Notes under the pieces: model-generated
What the model saw: only the letters and a program-made list of their open reading frames with translations
Databases searched by the model: none
Told to the model about the DNA's origin: nothing
Translations under genes and position numbers: made by a program
NCBI GenBank assembly: GCA_963706325.1
Contig: CAVPLT010000005.1
Coordinates: 64,001-128,000, forward strand
Source: an uncultured Nitrospiraceae bacterium
Lineage (GTDB): Bacteria > Nitrospirota > Nitrospiria > Nitrospirales > Nitrospiraceae
Direction: 5' to 3'
DNA: 64,000 nt
Shown here: positions 1 to 12,848 of the stretch, in pieces
Layout of the letters: every line of letters starts with the position of its first letter
Numbering within the stretch: the first letter of the stretch is position 1

Positions 1-7
1 GACTTTT

Positions 8-277
8 TTAAAAGCCAAAGTCTTCAGTGTCGTCTTCATCGGACGACGCGTCGGTGTTTCCTTTTGCGAGATCTGCAAAATGCTTCGCCCAGGTGAGATA
101 AAGATTTCCACTGTCCCGCATTGTTTCAGCAGCTTTTACAAGTTTTTCTGCCAGTTCAGGATCTTTCCCGCTGACATGTATCGCTGCAGCCTGTCGTTCT
201 ATGGCTTTGGGATATTCATGCAACAGGCCGGCGATGTCGCGGAGCAGTTCGTCGAGCACATTGTCTTCTTGTTCCAT
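8..277 (-). CDS. Hypothetical helical protein (89 aa) with acidic tail
   Basis: Clean ORF, GAAAGGA RBS upstream, lies after the oxidoreductase operon terminator. Confidence 0.6.
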   Translation of the reverse strand: MEQEDNVLDELLRDIAGLLHEYPKAIERQAAAIHVSGKDPELAEKLVKAAETMRDSGNLYLTWAKHFADLAKGNTDASSDEDDTEDFGF

Positions 278-303
278 CAGATCCTTTCGGTCCCCATCTC
301 ATG

Positions 304-337
304 AAAAAACCCCATAGCGTGGGACGCTATGGGGTTT
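304..337 (-). terminator. Intrinsic terminator of the for operon
   Basis: AAACCCCATAGCGT-GGG-ACGCTATGGGGTTT perfect stem ending in a U6 run on the minus strand, about 20 nt after forE. Confidence 0.85.
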
Positions 338-356
338 ATGAGACGCATTGGTTTGC

Positions 357-635
357 TTATCCTTGGTAGGCTTGTCCGAGGGCTGCAGACTCACCCTTAT
401 GAGTCATCAATTGCCCCGTGGCGCTGACTGCCTGCATCTCGATCGCCTCATGCTTGGCGGCGTTACAGACAACGACGCACAGTTCGCATCCCTTACATCG
501 ATCGATCGTTACTTCCGCCACCATCTTGGACGAGTTGAGATCCAAGCAGTTAGCCTCCGGGCAGTACATGATGCAGAGGCGGCAGCCCTTCTTGGCCACA
601 CATTTCTCGTCGATGACTTGCGCTACGTTATACAT
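357..635 (-). CDS. forE: 2-oxoacid:ferredoxin oxidoreductase ferredoxin-like (epsilon) subunit
   Basis: Cx5Cx2Cx3CP and Cx2Cx2Cx3C 4Fe-4S motifs; last gene of D-A-B-G-E order. Confidence 0.8.
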   Translation of the reverse strand: MYNVAQVIDEKCVAKKGCRLCIMYCPEANCLDLNSSKMVAEVTIDRCKGCELCVVVCNAAKHEAIEMQAVSATGQLMTHKGESAALGQAYQG

Positions 636-658
636 GCGACGTGGTTCCTTCTCTCTCG

Positions 659-1366
659 TTATGCCGCAACGGCAGGATTACCGACCTGCAACTCGATTTT
701 GTTCTTCGCGGCCCATTCGCTAGCGATTTCATATGCCGCTTTGACCGTCGCGAGGTTTTTCGCCAATAACATTTCCTTCTTGGCGAATTTCTTTTTGATC
801 GCTTCGTCCAAGGAGGCAGTTCCGCCGGATGCGACAAATTTCTTTCCAAATCGTTCTTGCAGTGCACCGTCGAGAGCTTCCATGGAGACACATTTGGTAA
901 TGCCTGCGACCGAGCCAATCATGGCCATGTTCGTCGATAACTCGGTGCCGGCAACTTCGATCGCAAGTTCGGTTCCTGCAATGTAAAACAAGGCGACGTT
1001 CAGATCCTTGAGTCGCTGGATGTCTTCTTCTGACAGAAGGGGTTGGGCTGAGTTGATAATGACGACGCCACCCTCCTTCACGCCGGAGTAGAAGGGCATG
1101 GTATAACTTTTCCCCATCGTGATCACCTGGGGGTGAAACACTTCGATGACATCAGGAAAGACTAACTCCCCCCGGTCATAGATCCGCTCGATGCCGATGC
1201 GGCAATAACTTTCTGCGGGAGCCATACGCTTTTCGGCACCAAAAAACGGATTCGATATTGAAAACTTTCCGTCCCGGTTGGCCGCCATTGCCATTACGTG
1301 CGCTGCCGTGACGGCACCCTGTCCACCCAACCCTGACATGCGAATATTGAGTCTTTTCTTGATCAT
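659..1366 (-). CDS. forG: 2-oxoacid:ferredoxin oxidoreductase gamma subunit
   Basis: IRMSGLGGQGAVTA and FGAEKR motifs of POR/OGOR gamma. Confidence 0.85.
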   Translation of the reverse strand: MIKKRLNIRMSGLGGQGAVTAAHVMAMAANRDGKFSISNPFFGAEKRMAPAESYCRIGIERIYDRGELVFPDVIEVFHPQVITMGKSYTMPFYSGVKEGGVVIINSAQPLLSEEDIQRLKDLNVALFYIAGTELAIEVAGTELSTNMAMIGSVAGITKCVSMEALDGALQERFGKKFVASGGTASLDEAIKKKFAKKEMLLAKNLATVKAAYEIASEWAAKNKIELQVGNPAVAA

Positions 1367-1383
1367 GAACGACCTCCGGTTCC

Positions 1384-2286
1384 TTACGCTTTTTCCGCTA
1401 ACTGTTTGGCGGCGGCTTTCTTTTCTTTGGCCTTGGCGTCACGCTCCGCCAAAAGCTGCTTCGCTGGCTCGCTGATATATTCTTTATAGGCGAACCGTTC
1501 GGCCGGTTTCTCGGAATCCCGCATTTCCTGCAGGCCTTCCATGCTGTTTTTACCGATTTCCAAAATGCAGGGCGTGTAGAGCTGAAGATAGGTCGGCCCG
1601 AGCTCCCGTGCGATCAAAACCGCGTTGCGGACGACTTTTTCGACCAGGGACGGCTTGCTCACCGTGCAGTTGACGACGTAGTGACAGCCGGATTCGCGCG
1701 CAATCTCAGGCAGACGGACTTTGTCGAAGAGTTTGCCTACCGGCGCCATTTTGGCTACGAAGCCCTTCTGCATCAGGCCGCTCTCCTGTCCGCCAGTATT
1801 GGCATACAGCTCGTTGTCGAAACAGATGGTCGTAAATTTTTCTTGCCGGAACCATGCCTGCAGGGTCATGTCTAATCCGATATCGACCGTGGCACCATCG
1901 CCAGCCAAAACGACCACGTCCTTGACGCGGTCTGGGAATCGGACACTGAGTGCACGCTTCAATCCAGACGCAATCGCATTTTGATTGCCGAATAGAGAGT
2001 GAATGTTGTGCACAGCTACCATGGGAAACACAAGGCTGGTGCAGCCAGTAGATCCCACCATTACTGTATCTTCCGGATTCGGAAGAGATGCCAGGATATA
2101 GCGGAATGCCATAGATTCCGGGCAACCTGCACAGAGTGAATGTTGCTCAATCAGCTCTTTTGATGTTCCAATATCCTTCCACCCTCGGTCCTCTTTGCCA
2201 TAAGTGGCACTCTGGACCAAATCTTGGTAGTCCGATGGCATGATGTCATATAGGTCTGGCGAAATTTTGATTCGCTCCTTGCTCAT
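1384..2286 (-). CDS. forB: 2-oxoacid:ferredoxin oxidoreductase beta subunit (TPP-binding)
   Basis: LCAGC, STGC, GDG...DNELYANTGGQ TPP motif, TPC. Confidence 0.88.
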   Translation of the reverse strand: MSKERIKISPDLYDIMPSDYQDLVQSATYGKEDRGWKDIGTSKELIEQHSLCAGCPESMAFRYILASLPNPEDTVMVGSTGCTSLVFPMVAVHNIHSLFGNQNAIASGLKRALSVRFPDRVKDVVVLAGDGATVDIGLDMTLQAWFRQEKFTTICFDNELYANTGGQESGLMQKGFVAKMAPVGKLFDKVRLPEIARESGCHYVVNCTVSKPSLVEKVVRNAVLIARELGPTYLQLYTPCILEIGKNSMEGLQEMRDSEKPAERFAYKEYISEPAKQLLAERDAKAKEKKAAAKQLAEKA

Positions 2287-2342
2287 ATGCGCCTCCTCAA
2301 CTCTTCAATTTCTAGGTGAATGGGCCTAAATAACAGGGTTTT

Positions 2343-3554
2343 TCAGCTGCCTCTGCCGGCAAGCGATTCCGAACGCATACCCAGGGCCGTCTTAATCTCA
2401 GATACAATAATTTCCGGAGGCATTGTCATACCTCCGCAAACATGAGGACCGGCGTGTACCCGTTCACTGTTAGTAATCGTGGCTTTAATTTCTTTTGCCA
2501 ACCAGCCTGTCACATTAAACTCAGGCACGAAGATGTGTTTAGTGTTCTTTGTGGCTTCACGAATCTCCTCTCCAGGCCAGGGGCGGAGTGACTTGACCTT
2601 CACCAGGCCGCAACGCACGCCTTCATCCTCAAGAAGCCGGATGGCTTCTCGTCCCTGAGAAACAGCTGTGCCAGACGCAACAATTACAACGTCAGCATCA
2701 GTATTTTCTGTCTCAATTAACCCGTTAATCCACCTAATAGTGTGCTTACGGGACCGTTCAACCGCCGCCCAAATCTCCTGCTGCCAGGAGGCGTGAGTAG
2801 CATAACTGATATAATTGCTTTTCATAATAAACGGATCGCGCATCATTCGGACTGGCGGGCACTCCATATCCATGCACGGGACGGGAGAGCGGTATGGATC
2901 ATAGGAGGGAAGACACATGTCGGCAGGAGTTAAATTGACGACGTCTTTGGTATGAGTCACAAAGAATCCATCACAGCAGAGCGCCAGTGGTAAATGCACT
3001 TCCGGCTCTTCCGAAACTATGAAACCTTTGAGGATCCAGTCAAAAAAGTCCTGCGCGGTTTCTGCATGCCAGACTAGCATTCCGGTATTTAGCAGATAAG
3101 AAATCTCAATGGTGTCTGGCTGGATCGAGAGTGGCGAGTTGATGCCACGGCAGGTGACGATCATTTGAATCGGCAGACGTGCTCCGGCCCACATAGGGAA
3201 GTTTTCCATGGCTCGCATGGTCCCCGGGCCCGCGGTCGTGGTGAATACGCGTGCACCGCCAAATGCCGCCCCTGCACATTGGGACATGACAGCGAACTCG
3301 CTCTCGCCGCGGAAATAGTCGCCGATGTAGCCTTCAGCAAACAACTCTCCAATGAGCGCCGCAGCCTCGCTTTGCGGCGTAATCGGGTAGGCAATCATGA
3401 CGTCACAGCTGGCACGCCGGAGGGCTTCTTTAATGACTTCACTACCTGTATAAAAAGAAGGAGTGCGGTGAGCTTCGTTCATCATCTTCCAGGCATCTGT
3501 GTATGTCTGACCTTTTTTATTCTGTGTCCCGATCTGAGACTTTGTTTCCGCCAT
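2343..3554 (-). CDS. forA: 2-oxoacid:ferredoxin oxidoreductase alpha subunit
   Basis: YPITPQSE, ESE, TTTAGPG motifs. Confidence 0.88.
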   Translation of the reverse strand: MAETKSQIGTQNKKGQTYTDAWKMMNEAHRTPSFYTGSEVIKEALRRASCDVMIAYPITPQSEAAALIGELFAEGYIGDYFRGESEFAVMSQCAGAAFGGARVFTTTAGPGTMRAMENFPMWAGARLPIQMIVTCRGINSPLSIQPDTIEISYLLNTGMLVWHAETAQDFFDWILKGFIVSEEPEVHLPLALCCDGFFVTHTKDVVNLTPADMCLPSYDPYRSPVPCMDMECPPVRMMRDPFIMKSNYISYATHASWQQEIWAAVERSRKHTIRWINGLIETENTDADVVIVASGTAVSQGREAIRLLEDEGVRCGLVKVKSLRPWPGEEIREATKNTKHIFVPEFNVTGWLAKEIKATITNSERVHAGPHVCGGMTMPPEIIVSEIKTALGMRSESLAGRGS

Positions 3555-3608
3555 GGTCTCGGCCTCCTTTCAAACGCTAGAAGAGCTATGAACTGCTTAC
3601 CTCTTAAC

Positions 3609-4244
3609 TTAATTGGAAGCGCTAGTCTTCGTCGATGTGATCCGCGGTGTGACCGTGCCTTTCAGTTTGCGAATCCAATCGCCCAGCTTAAGGATCTTCT
3701 CAACCGAGGCGTCTCTAAAGGAGAGCATGGCATCTTCGTGGCCTGCCTGAGCACACATCGCAACGGTATAACATGATGTGCCTCCGCGGATAATTTTGAG
3801 TGATAGGTTAGCTTGATGGCAGTGCACTCCAATGAACATGCAGCAGTCTATTTTATTATGCCAGATTGTGAGGTTCGGATGGTTCGGATTAATTTCGACT
3901 TCCGGGTTGATTTTTGGATATTTCGGACGGTAGTCCGGCATTGGAATCAGCATCGGTTTTTGTCCGGGCTGAACCGATTCCTTCAAAATTTCATAAAGCT
4001 TTCTAACGGCAGCTGCCTTTTTGGCGGCTTTCTCATTCCATGCCCAGAGTACCAAGGGGCCTGGGAATATGGTTGGTACTTGCGCCATCAGAAATTGCCG
4101 GGCGGCCTCTTCGTAGGCCTTCTCTTCAGGAACAATCACACCATTGATATGAGCCTCGCCCGGGTTAGGAAGATAGATCCCCATGGAAGCTGCGGCCGGG
4201 GGAAGAAAATGTTCGGGCCCTGGTAGCACGCGATACTGAGTCAT
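3609..4244 (-). CDS. forD: Five-subunit 2-oxoacid:ferredoxin oxidoreductase delta subunit
   Basis: First gene of the operon; NPNHPNLTIWH and GVHCHQ segments; start taken at ATG of MTQYRV. Confidence 0.7.
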   Translation of the reverse strand: MTQYRVLPGPEHFLPPAAASMGIYLPNPGEAHINGVIVPEEKAYEEAARQFLMAQVPTIFPGPLVLWAWNEKAAKKAAAVRKLYEILKESVQPGQKPMLIPMPDYRPKYPKINPEVEINPNHPNLTIWHNKIDCCMFIGVHCHQANLSLKIIRGGTSCYTVAMCAQAGHEDAMLSFRDASVEKILKLGDWIRKLKGTVTPRITSTKTSASN

Positions 4245-4449
4245 TCGAACCTGCTCTCTTTTGGGGTTTAACAAACTCGGAGAAGAGATCCTCGGTTATA
4301 GCGTGAGTCGTGTCACTCTATGCTTTCCTGAGGTGCCCCTGCAATACGGCAGAAGGCCCACTTAGGGGAAATTAAGGGCTAGCATGGAGAGGGCGTTTAG
4401 GCCTTTTGAACTACAGTGATCAGGCTTCCACAGATCGCTCTAAGTGCGC

Positions 4450-4479
4450 ATTATAGGTGGCAATCTTTATAATTGTCAA
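4450..4479 (-). promoter_or_regulatory. Sigma70 promoter of the for operon
   Basis: Minus strand TTGACA-N18-TATAAT, both hexamers perfect consensus. Confidence 0.75.
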
Positions 4480-4608
4480 TCGGCTATGCCAAGACAAAAC
4501 TTTGCCCTATATCCGCTACCTACCATTAGCGCTCATGACTGATAGTGTGATGAGGCCTGCAGCCTGCAGTTAGGATAGTTTGCGGTAATGATTTTTGGAG
4601 CGAACTGT

Positions 4609-4893
4609 CTACGTTGATGCGAGAGGGGGGAGAACCTGTTGGAAAGGGTGAACTTCTATCTTTTCAAAGATTCCGTGAACAGTATATGGATCTTCTTCAG
4701 CTATCCGCCTTGCCTCTTGGAGAGAATTTGCCTCTAAAATAATTAGACTGCCGGCCTGATCTGTGAAGGGGCCTGCCATAATAAGTCTTCCCGCTCCCCT
4801 CAGAGGTTCGAGGCTGGCTAGGTGCGCCGCTCGATGGACCTTGCGTTTGGTTTGGCCATCAGGCCCGTCGAAACCGAGAATGACGAATGTCAT
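4609..4893 (-). CDS. YciI family protein
   Basis: R...RAAHL, AGP, GSLII, DPY pattern. Confidence 0.85.
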   Translation of the reverse strand: MTFVILGFDGPDGQTKRKVHRAAHLASLEPLRGAGRLIMAGPFTDQAGSLIILEANSLQEARRIAEEDPYTVHGIFEKIEVHPFQQVLPPLAST

Positions 4894-4913
4894 GCGTTAT
4901 CGGTTCCTTATCG

Positions 4914-5333
4914 TTAAGCGGCTGTACCATCAAGAGGACGTCGATCTTTATATCCACAGGAGGTTTCATGCCACCAACTAATTTGGCCCTCGCCAAATTT
5001 CCAGCACAAGTATACGATGCGGTCCGCGAGCTTATAGGGGAAGTCGCACAGTCCCGAATCGACGTCTTTGATGACCACGCCAAGCTCGTGTATGGCCTGC
5101 AGGCTTCCGCTGATTTCGTGAAGCGACCTGACGTATAAAGACCCGACGGAGGTTCCCCCTCCTGATGCGGCTTGTGCGCTGGCTTTGCTCACTTCGTCTT
5201 TTGTACCCGCAATAACTGTTTTAGCACGTCGAACCGCAGCGAATCGCAGGTGGAGTTGAGGGAGCAGTTCATTCGCTTCTGCCAATGTGAAGATTCGCTC
5301 GGGTGTATCGTGATCTGAATCTGGATTTGCCAT
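4914..5333 (-). CDS. DUF2203-like protein
   Basis: FTLAEANELLP, GVVIKD..GLCDFP, YLCWK.GE, WH...GY..RRPL. Confidence 0.8.
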   Translation of the reverse strand: MANPDSDHDTPERIFTLAEANELLPQLHLRFAAVRRAKTVIAGTKDEVSKASAQAASGGGTSVGSLYVRSLHEISGSLQAIHELGVVIKDVDSGLCDFPYKLADRIVYLCWKFGEGQISWWHETSCGYKDRRPLDGTAA

Positions 5334-5520
5334 GGAGGATTATCTGGCCCAGTTTTTAGCACATCACTTGAGCTGCTGCAACAGGACACGCACAGCATGC
5401 ACATCGCTTGAAAGCAGAAATAGATAAATCAGCGATCGTGTGTCCTGATAACTCTCTGGGTTGCAACTGGGCACGTAGACGGTGTGCCGCTTCCTTTCGC
5501 CCACCACTTGGTTTAAATGG

Positions 5521-5549
5521 TTGACATCTTTCGCAGCAGACGCTAGAAT
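5521..5549 (+). promoter_or_regulatory. Sigma70 promoter of rho
   Basis: TTGACA-N17-TAGAAT about 300 nt upstream of rho. Confidence 0.75.
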
Positions 5550-5853
5550 TCAAGTGTTCCCTTGATCAGGGAAAAGTTTCACCTTCTTTGCACCAGCTTT
5601 CCAGGCCCATCGCAGCTGTAATCATTCCAGGATATATAAGCATTACTCGTGTAATTGTGGGTTATCATAATTTTACTGTCACTTCCACAAACCCTATATC
5701 GAGCACTCCTTCGTCGAACCATCCAGTTGTGCACAACCAGCAGACTGACACCTAGATAATCACTTCCGTACATTCATTCATGAGCAATCAATTGTTTTTC
5801 TCATTTTTCTCATTAGGGGAGCTATCGGGTTGAGAGCCTGATAGGGAAGCGGT

Positions 5854-7125
5854 ATGACACAGGTTAAGGCGGAAGTTATGCATCTTGCGGAGCTCAAACA
5901 GAAATCGATCGCCGATCTGAATGAGGTGGCGCGAGATTTGAAGATCGAGGGTGCTGCAAACCTGCGTAAGCAGGAGCTCATCTTTGCCATCCTTCAGGCT
6001 CAGACTGAGAAGAATGGTGTGGTGTTTGGCGAAGGAGTGTTGGAAACATTGCCGGATGGGTTTGGATTCCTGCGCGCACCTGATTCCAACTATTTACCTG
6101 GCCCCGACGACATTTACATCTCGCCATCGCAGATACGGCGATTTAATCTTAGGACGGGCGACATTGTGTCGGGTCAAATTCGTCCGCCGAAAGAGAGTGA
6201 GCGGTACTTTGCTCTGCTGAAAGTGGAAAAGGTTAATTATGAGGACCCGGAAGTTGCGCGCGACAAGATTCTTTTCGATAACTTGACCCCGCTCTACCCT
6301 GAAGAGCGGCTCAATCTAGAGTTTGATCGTGAGGAATACTGCACGCGCGTGATGGATCTTACGACGCCAATCGGGAAAGGGCAGCGCGGCTTGATCGTCG
6401 CAGCTCCCAGAACCGGAAAAACCATGTTGTTGCAGGCGATCGCCCGTGCCATCCTGAAAAACCACAAGGAGGTCACCTTAATTGTCCTCCTGATCGACGA
6501 ACGACCGGAAGAGGTGACTGATTGGCAACGGCAGGTGAAAGCTGAAGTCATTAGTTCGACTTTCGATGAGCCGGCTCAGCGCCATGCGCAGGTGGCGGAA
6601 ATGGTCTTGGAAAAAGCGAAGCGACTGGTCGAACATAAAAAAGATGTGGTGATTTTACTGGATAGTATTACTCGATTGGCCAGGGCCTACAATACGATTG
6701 CACCTCCCAGTGGGAAAGTGCTCTCTGGCGGCCTGGATTCGAATGCACTACAGCGTCCGAAACGATTCTTTGGCGCAGCGCGGAACATCGAAAATGGTGG
6801 GAGCTTGACCATCATGGCCACTGCCTTGATCGATACGGGTAGTCGTATGGACGATGTGATCTTTGAGGAATTTAAGGGAACCGGCAATATGGAAGTGCAT
6901 TTGGATCGGCGTTTGGCCGATAAGCGCCTCTTCCCGGCGATCGACATCAGTCAATCAGGGACTCGCAAGGAAGAGCTGCTGGTCGACCGCGATCGGTTGA
7001 ACAAGATGTGGATTCTACGCAAGGTCTTGAGTCCGTTGGGGACGATGGAGGCCATGGAATTCTTAATGGATAAAATTGGCGGCACTAAAACCAATCAGGA
7101 GTTTTTGCAGTCGATGAATCGTTAA
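5854..7125 (+). CDS. rho: Transcription termination factor Rho
   Basis: DGFGFLR RNP motif, [18 protein letters not shown]-loop, [10 protein letters not shown]; alternative start 5878. Confidence 0.98.
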   Translation: MTQVKAEVMHLAELKQKSIADLNEVARDLKIEGAANLRKQELIFAILQAQTEKNGVVFGEGVLETLPDGFGFLRAPDSNYLPGPDDIYISPSQIRRFNLRTGDIVSGQIRPPKESERYFALLKVEKVNYEDPEVARDKILFDNLTPLYPEERLNLEFDREEYCTRVMDLTTPIGKGQRGLIVAAPRTGKTMLLQAIARAILKNHKEVTLIVLLIDERPEEVTDWQRQVKAEVISSTFDEPAQRHAQVAEMVLEKAKRLVEHKKDVVILLDSITRLARAYNTIAPPSGKVLSGGLDSNALQRPKRFFGAARNIENGGSLTIMATALIDTGSRMDDVIFEEFKGTGNMEVHLDRRLADKRLFPAIDISQSGTRKEELLVDRDRLNKMWILRKVLSPLGTMEAMEFLMDKIGGTKTNQEFLQSMNR

Positions 7126-7222
7126 GCTCACGCTTGCCAGTGCGGACCACTCCAGTGTAAAGTCATATTTCGGGCGAACAGGACCGGACCAAGCAGCGAA
7201 TCAAGATTGTATAGGAGCAGGT

Positions 7223-7429
7223 ATGCAAAAGGGAATTCACCCAGTCTATCGGGAAGCGACTGTGCAGTGTGCTTGTGGAAATACCTTCAAGACTCGATCT
7301 ACTATCGGGAATATCAAGGTCGACATCTGCGCCGGGTGCCATCCATTCTTTACGGGAACTCAGAAAATCGTCGATACTGAAGGACGTGTCGAACGGTTCA
7401 AGAAGAAGTACGCCAAAAAAGAAAAGTAG
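7223..7429 (+). CDS. rpmE: 50S ribosomal protein L31 (Zn-binding type)
   Basis: KGIHP, CACG, CxxCHPFFTG, GRVERF. Confidence 0.97.
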   Translation: MQKGIHPVYREATVQCACGNTFKTRSTIGNIKVDICAGCHPFFTGTQKIVDTEGRVERFKKKYAKKEK

Positions 7430-7449
7430 GCCTCAGTCGGGACATTATG

Positions 7450-7489
7450 GAGACCCTGCTTCCTTTTGGGGCAGGGTTTCTTGTTTTTT
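7450..7489 (+). terminator. Intrinsic terminator after rpmE
   Basis: GAGACCCTGC...GCAGGGTTTC stem followed by TTGTTTTTT. Confidence 0.75.
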
Positions 7490-7522
7490 GAGCCAAGCGG
7501 CTTGAAGCGAAATGGGCAGGAC

Positions 7523-8605
7523 ATGGAAGATGTGCTGATCAAGAAGTGGGAAGGGATTGCCGCACGCTATCAAGAGCTGACCAATCAACTCATGGACCCC
7601 GTCGTCCTCAATCAGCCTGGCATGATTCACAAGCTGAACAAGGAACGGACTGAACTCGAAGCGCCTGCGCTTCAATTCGTGACCTATTGTGAAGTGAAGA
7701 AGCAGCTGGATGAGGTGTCGGCCATGCTCCAGGATCCCTTAACGGGAACAGACATGAAGCAGTTGTTTGCGGAGGAGAGCAGCCACCTTAAGCTACGACT
7801 ACAGGACCTCGAAGGGCAAGCCAAGGACTCACTTGCCCCAAAAGATCCCCGCGATGAGAAAAATGTGTTTCTGGAAATCCGGGCTGGAACGGGCGGCGAC
7901 GAGGCCGCATTGTTTGCTGGCGATCTCTTCCGCATGTATCTTAAGTATGCGGAGCGAAACCGACTGCGTTTGGAGGTGGTCGACGCATCCGACACCGGAA
8001 TCGGGGGATATCGCGAAGTAATCGCACTGCTCGAAGGGAGAGGGGCGTATGGAAGGCTCCGCTATGAAAGTGGTGTACACCGTGTTCAGCGTGTTCCCAC
8101 GACGGAAGCCAGTGGCAGAATTCACACTTCGACAGTGACGGTGGCGGTGATGCCTGAGGTGGACGAGGTCGAGGTGAACATCGATCCGAAGGACTTGCGC
8201 ATCGATACCTTTTGTTCCTCAGGCGCCGGTGGCCAAAGTGTCAACACAACCTATTCGGCGGTCAGAATTACGCACATTCCGACAGGTGTTGTTGTCAGCT
8301 GTCAGGATGAACGATCACAGCTTAAAAACCGGACCAAAGCCATGCGGACTTTGCGCACGCGCATTGTCGAGGCTGAACGGGAGAAACAGGACGCGGAGAT
8401 CGCGCAAAATCGAAAGGCACAGGTAGGGACTGGTGACCGCAGCGAAAAGATTCGTACATACAACTTCCCCCAAAATCGAGTGACCGACCATCGTATTGGT
8501 TTGACAGTGCATAAACTGGATCAGGTGTTAGCCGGCGATCTGGAAGAAATCGTGCAGGCCTTGCGAGCACACTACGAGCAATTGGCCACGATGGAGTCTC
8601 GATGA
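7523..8605 (+). CDS. prfA: Peptide chain release factor 1
   Basis: GTGGDEA, PTT anticodon loop, GGQ, RTYNFPQ; start at MEDVL. Confidence 0.97.
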   Translation: MEDVLIKKWEGIAARYQELTNQLMDPVVLNQPGMIHKLNKERTELEAPALQFVTYCEVKKQLDEVSAMLQDPLTGTDMKQLFAEESSHLKLRLQDLEGQAKDSLAPKDPRDEKNVFLEIRAGTGGDEAALFAGDLFRMYLKYAERNRLRLEVVDASDTGIGGYREVIALLEGRGAYGRLRYESGVHRVQRVPTTEASGRIHTSTVTVAVMPEVDEVEVNIDPKDLRIDTFCSSGAGGQSVNTTYSAVRITHIPTGVVVSCQDERSQLKNRTKAMRTLRTRIVEAEREKQDAEIAQNRKAQVGTGDRSEKIRTYNFPQNRVTDHRIGLTVHKLDQVLAGDLEEIVQALRAHYEQLATMESR

Positions 8606-9519
8606 GCACACAAGGGCTTGGAATGGCAGCCGTTGCCATTTACACCATCGGAGCATTGCTGGATCAAACCGAGAGTGACTTAAAAAAAGCCGGCGTCGAA
8701 CAGCCGGCTTTGGAGGCTTCCTGGTTGCTGGAGTTTGTACTCCAACTGTCCCCGCTCATGCAGCGGGTAAACAGAGAGCGCCAAGTGACGGCTGAAAAAT
8801 GGGCGCGCGCGCAAATGCTGATCCAGCGTCGCGCCAATCGTGAACCGCTTCAGTATCTGCTCGGCACACAGGAATTTTGCGGTCTGGAATTTCGCGTGAC
8901 GCCTGCTGTGTTAATTCCTCGTCCAGAAAGCGCTTTGTTGGTGGACGAGACGGTCCGTAGGTGCAAAGGCAACCAGTCGGGGACTGTCGTTGACGTGGGA
9001 ACTGGCTCGGGCTGTCTCGCCGTATCAGTGGCCGCGGCGCTGCCGACAGCGCGAGTGCTGGCAATCGATGTGTCATCCGAGGCCCTAGCGGTGGCGCGAA
9101 TCAATATGATGCAACATGGCGTGGCTGAGCGTATCGAATGTCTTTGCGGCGACGTCTTGGCGCCTCTACGTGAAGCACTGTTTGCGAATCAGGTAGACGT
9201 GATCCTTTCCAATCCACCCTATATTGCAGAAAGTGATTGGATGAGACTCCAGCCGGAGGTTCGATGTTTCGAGCCCCGCCTAGCCTTAGCTGGAGGTCGA
9301 GACGGTATGGATGTCTATAGGCGGCTACTACAGCAAGCCTCGTCCTATCTGAAGCCAGGCGGCGTGTTGCTGATGGAAGTGGGTGCAGGTCAAGCGGCGT
9401 CAGTCTGCCGTCAGGCAGAAGAGACAGGCTGGTTTCGTGTCTATGATGTTCTTCGGGATGAGGGCGAAATCGACCGCGTTGTGTGTTGTGAGAGAAGAGC
9501 CGATGGAACGGACCTCTAA
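8602..9519 (+). CDS. prmC: Release factor glutamine methyltransferase
   Basis: LIPRPE, DVGTGSG, NPPY; follows prfA. Confidence 0.95.
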   Translation: MSTQGLGMAAVAIYTIGALLDQTESDLKKAGVEQPALEASWLLEFVLQLSPLMQRVNRERQVTAEKWARAQMLIQRRANREPLQYLLGTQEFCGLEFRVTPAVLIPRPESALLVDETVRRCKGNQSGTVVDVGTGSGCLAVSVAAALPTARVLAIDVSSEALAVARINMMQHGVAERIECLCGDVLAPLREALFANQVDVILSNPPYIAESDWMRLQPEVRCFEPRLALAGGRDGMDVYRRLLQQASSYLKPGGVLLMEVGAGQAASVCRQAEETGWFRVYDVLRDEGEIDRVVCCERRADGTDL

Positions 9520-9549
9520 AGCGCGGCGTCATCCTCCATTCTAAACTCC

Positions 9550-10802
<1,253 letters not shown>

Positions 10803-10806
<4 letters not shown>

Positions 10807-11495
10807 CCGTGAAGGCGAGGAGATCGGAGAGTAGGAAGCCGCAGGGCTTGACGATGGCGCTATCCAAGGGGAAATTGCTGCGGCCCGTGCTGCATCTTCT
10901 GAAGCAGGCCGGGTACGAATGTCCGGGACTGTCTGCGGAAAGTCGCAAGTTGATGTTTACCTGTTCATCCAAAGATGCCACGTTCTTAATCGTCAGGCCG
11001 ACCGATGTGCCGACCTATGTCGAGCATGGAGCGGCTGACGTCGGGGTGGTCGGCAAAGATGTGTTGTTGGAGCAAGGCAGTGACGTCTATGAGCCGTTGG
11101 ATTTGAAGGTGGGAGCGTGTAGAATCTGCGTCGCCGCGTTGCAGGGGCAAGCTTCACCGGATAGGTGGTCGTCGAAAATTCGAGTGGCCACGAAGTATCC
11201 TAACGTCACCGAGCGCTTTTTCAACCAGCGCGGGGTTCCGGTTGAGATTGTTAAACTCTATGGTTCTATCGAGCTGGCCCCCATTGTTGGATTGGCCGAT
11301 CGAATCGTTGACTTGGTCGAAACCGGTAGTACTCTGAAGGCGCACGATCTCGCAGAGGTGGAGGTCATCACGCATTCGACTGCACGGCTGATAGTGAATC
11401 GCGCCAGTCTGAAGTTGAAGCACGAGCCATTGATGGCGTTGATTGAGCAATTGCGGAGAGCAGTGGCTGGGGAGCACAACGGTGGTCCCGCCTGA
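10803..11495 (+). CDS. hisG: ATP phosphoribosyltransferase, short form
   Basis: ALSKG, DVPTYVE, ATKYP, GSIELAP, DLVETGSTL; no C-terminal regulatory domain. Confidence 0.95.
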
Positions 11496-11564
11496 ACCGT
11501 GTAGCCGCCAATTTCTTCCGGGTGTCTTCATCTGGGAAGTGGTTACGAGAGCAGGACGAACGAG

Positions 11565-12848
11565 ATGACTATTTTTGCCGGCGGTGATCGAACCTTCGCC
11601 AAGGCGTTACGAAAAATCGTGACCCGCTCGCGTTCTCAAGGCGCAAGTGTCGAAAAAAGCGTACGCACGATTCTGAAAGCGGTGGAACGAGGCGGGGATC
11701 GTGCGGTCCTGCGTTATACGAAAAAGTTCGATCGTCTGTCCTTGAAGCTCGATCGGATGCGAGTGACCCCGGAGGAGATCAAGGAGGCCTATTACCACAT
11801 TCGAAAGGATGAGGGTGACTCCCTTCGCTATGCAGCGGAGCGTGTACGGCAATTCCATGAGCGCCAGCGCACGAAAACCTGGATGTATCAGGAGCAGACC
11901 GCCACACTCGGCCAGATGGTCACCCCTCTCGATGCCGTCGGCGTCTATGTGCCTGGCGGTAAGGCCGTCTATCCTTCATCGGTGCTGATGTGTGCCCTTC
12001 CTGCGAAAGTGGCGGGCGTTCGGCGAATCGTTATGTGTACGCCGACACCGCAAGGAGAGATCAATCCCTATCTGCTGGTTGCGGCGGATATCGCGGGCGT
12101 CGATGAGATTTATCGTGTGGGCGGCGTGCAAGCGATCGGCGCGATGGCGTTTGGCACGAAGACCATCGCGAAGGTCGACAAGATCGTGGGACCTGGAAAT
12201 GTTTTTGTCGCAACGGCGAAACGCTTGCTGTATGGCACCGTCGGGATCGACATGGTGGCTGGTCCCAGCGAGTTATTAGTCGTAGCGGACGGCGAGGCCA
12301 AGCCGGCGCATGTGGCGGCGGACCTGCTTTGTGAAGCAGAACATGACGAAGATGCGCAGGTGTATCTGGTCACCACCTCGGCCTCGCTCGCCAAAGAGGT
12401 GGAGCGATTGATTCAGGTGCAATTGAAAGGTCTGCAACGTGAGAAGATTGCGGCCAAGTCTATTGCGCGGCACTTTGCAGCGTTCGTGGTGCCGACTATG
12501 GATGCGGCTATCGAGATGGCGAATGAGATCGCACCTGAGCATTTAACGCTCTCGGTGGATCGGCCGTTCGATTATCTGGAGCAAATCCGTCATGCCGGTG
12601 CGTTGTTTCTCGGGCGCTACACCCCGCCGGCCGTGGCGGATTATGTGGCCGGGCCGAACCACGTGTTGCCCACCGGCGCGACCGCGCGTTTCTTTTCTCC
12701 GCTGTCGGTGGGAGATTATGTGAAGGTTAGCAATATCGTGCATTACACCAAAGAAGAGTTGGCGAAAGCCAAGGATCATATCGTCCGACTGGCGCATATC
12801 GAGGGCTTCGATGCGCACGCCAAATCAGCCCAAAGCAGGTTCTCATGA
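11565..12848 (+). CDS. hisD: Histidinol dehydrogenase
   Basis: [32 protein letters not shown]. Confidence 0.97.
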   Translation: MTIFAGGDRTFAKALRKIVTRSRSQGASVEKSVRTILKAVERGGDRAVLRYTKKFDRLSLKLDRMRVTPEEIKEAYYHIRKDEGDSLRYAAERVRQFHERQRTKTWMYQEQTATLGQMVTPLDAVGVYVPGGKAVYPSSVLMCALPAKVAGVRRIVMCTPTPQGEINPYLLVAADIAGVDEIYRVGGVQAIGAMAFGTKTIAKVDKIVGPGNVFVATAKRLLYGTVGIDMVAGPSELLVVADGEAKPAHVAADLLCEAEHDEDAQVYLVTTSASLAKEVERLIQVQLKGLQREKIAAKSIARHFAAFVVPTMDAAIEMANEIAPEHLTLSVDRPFDYLEQIRHAGALFLGRYTPPAVADYVAGPNHVLPTGATARFFSPLSVGDYVKVSNIVHYTKEELAKAKDHIVRLAHIEGFDAHAKSAQSRFS

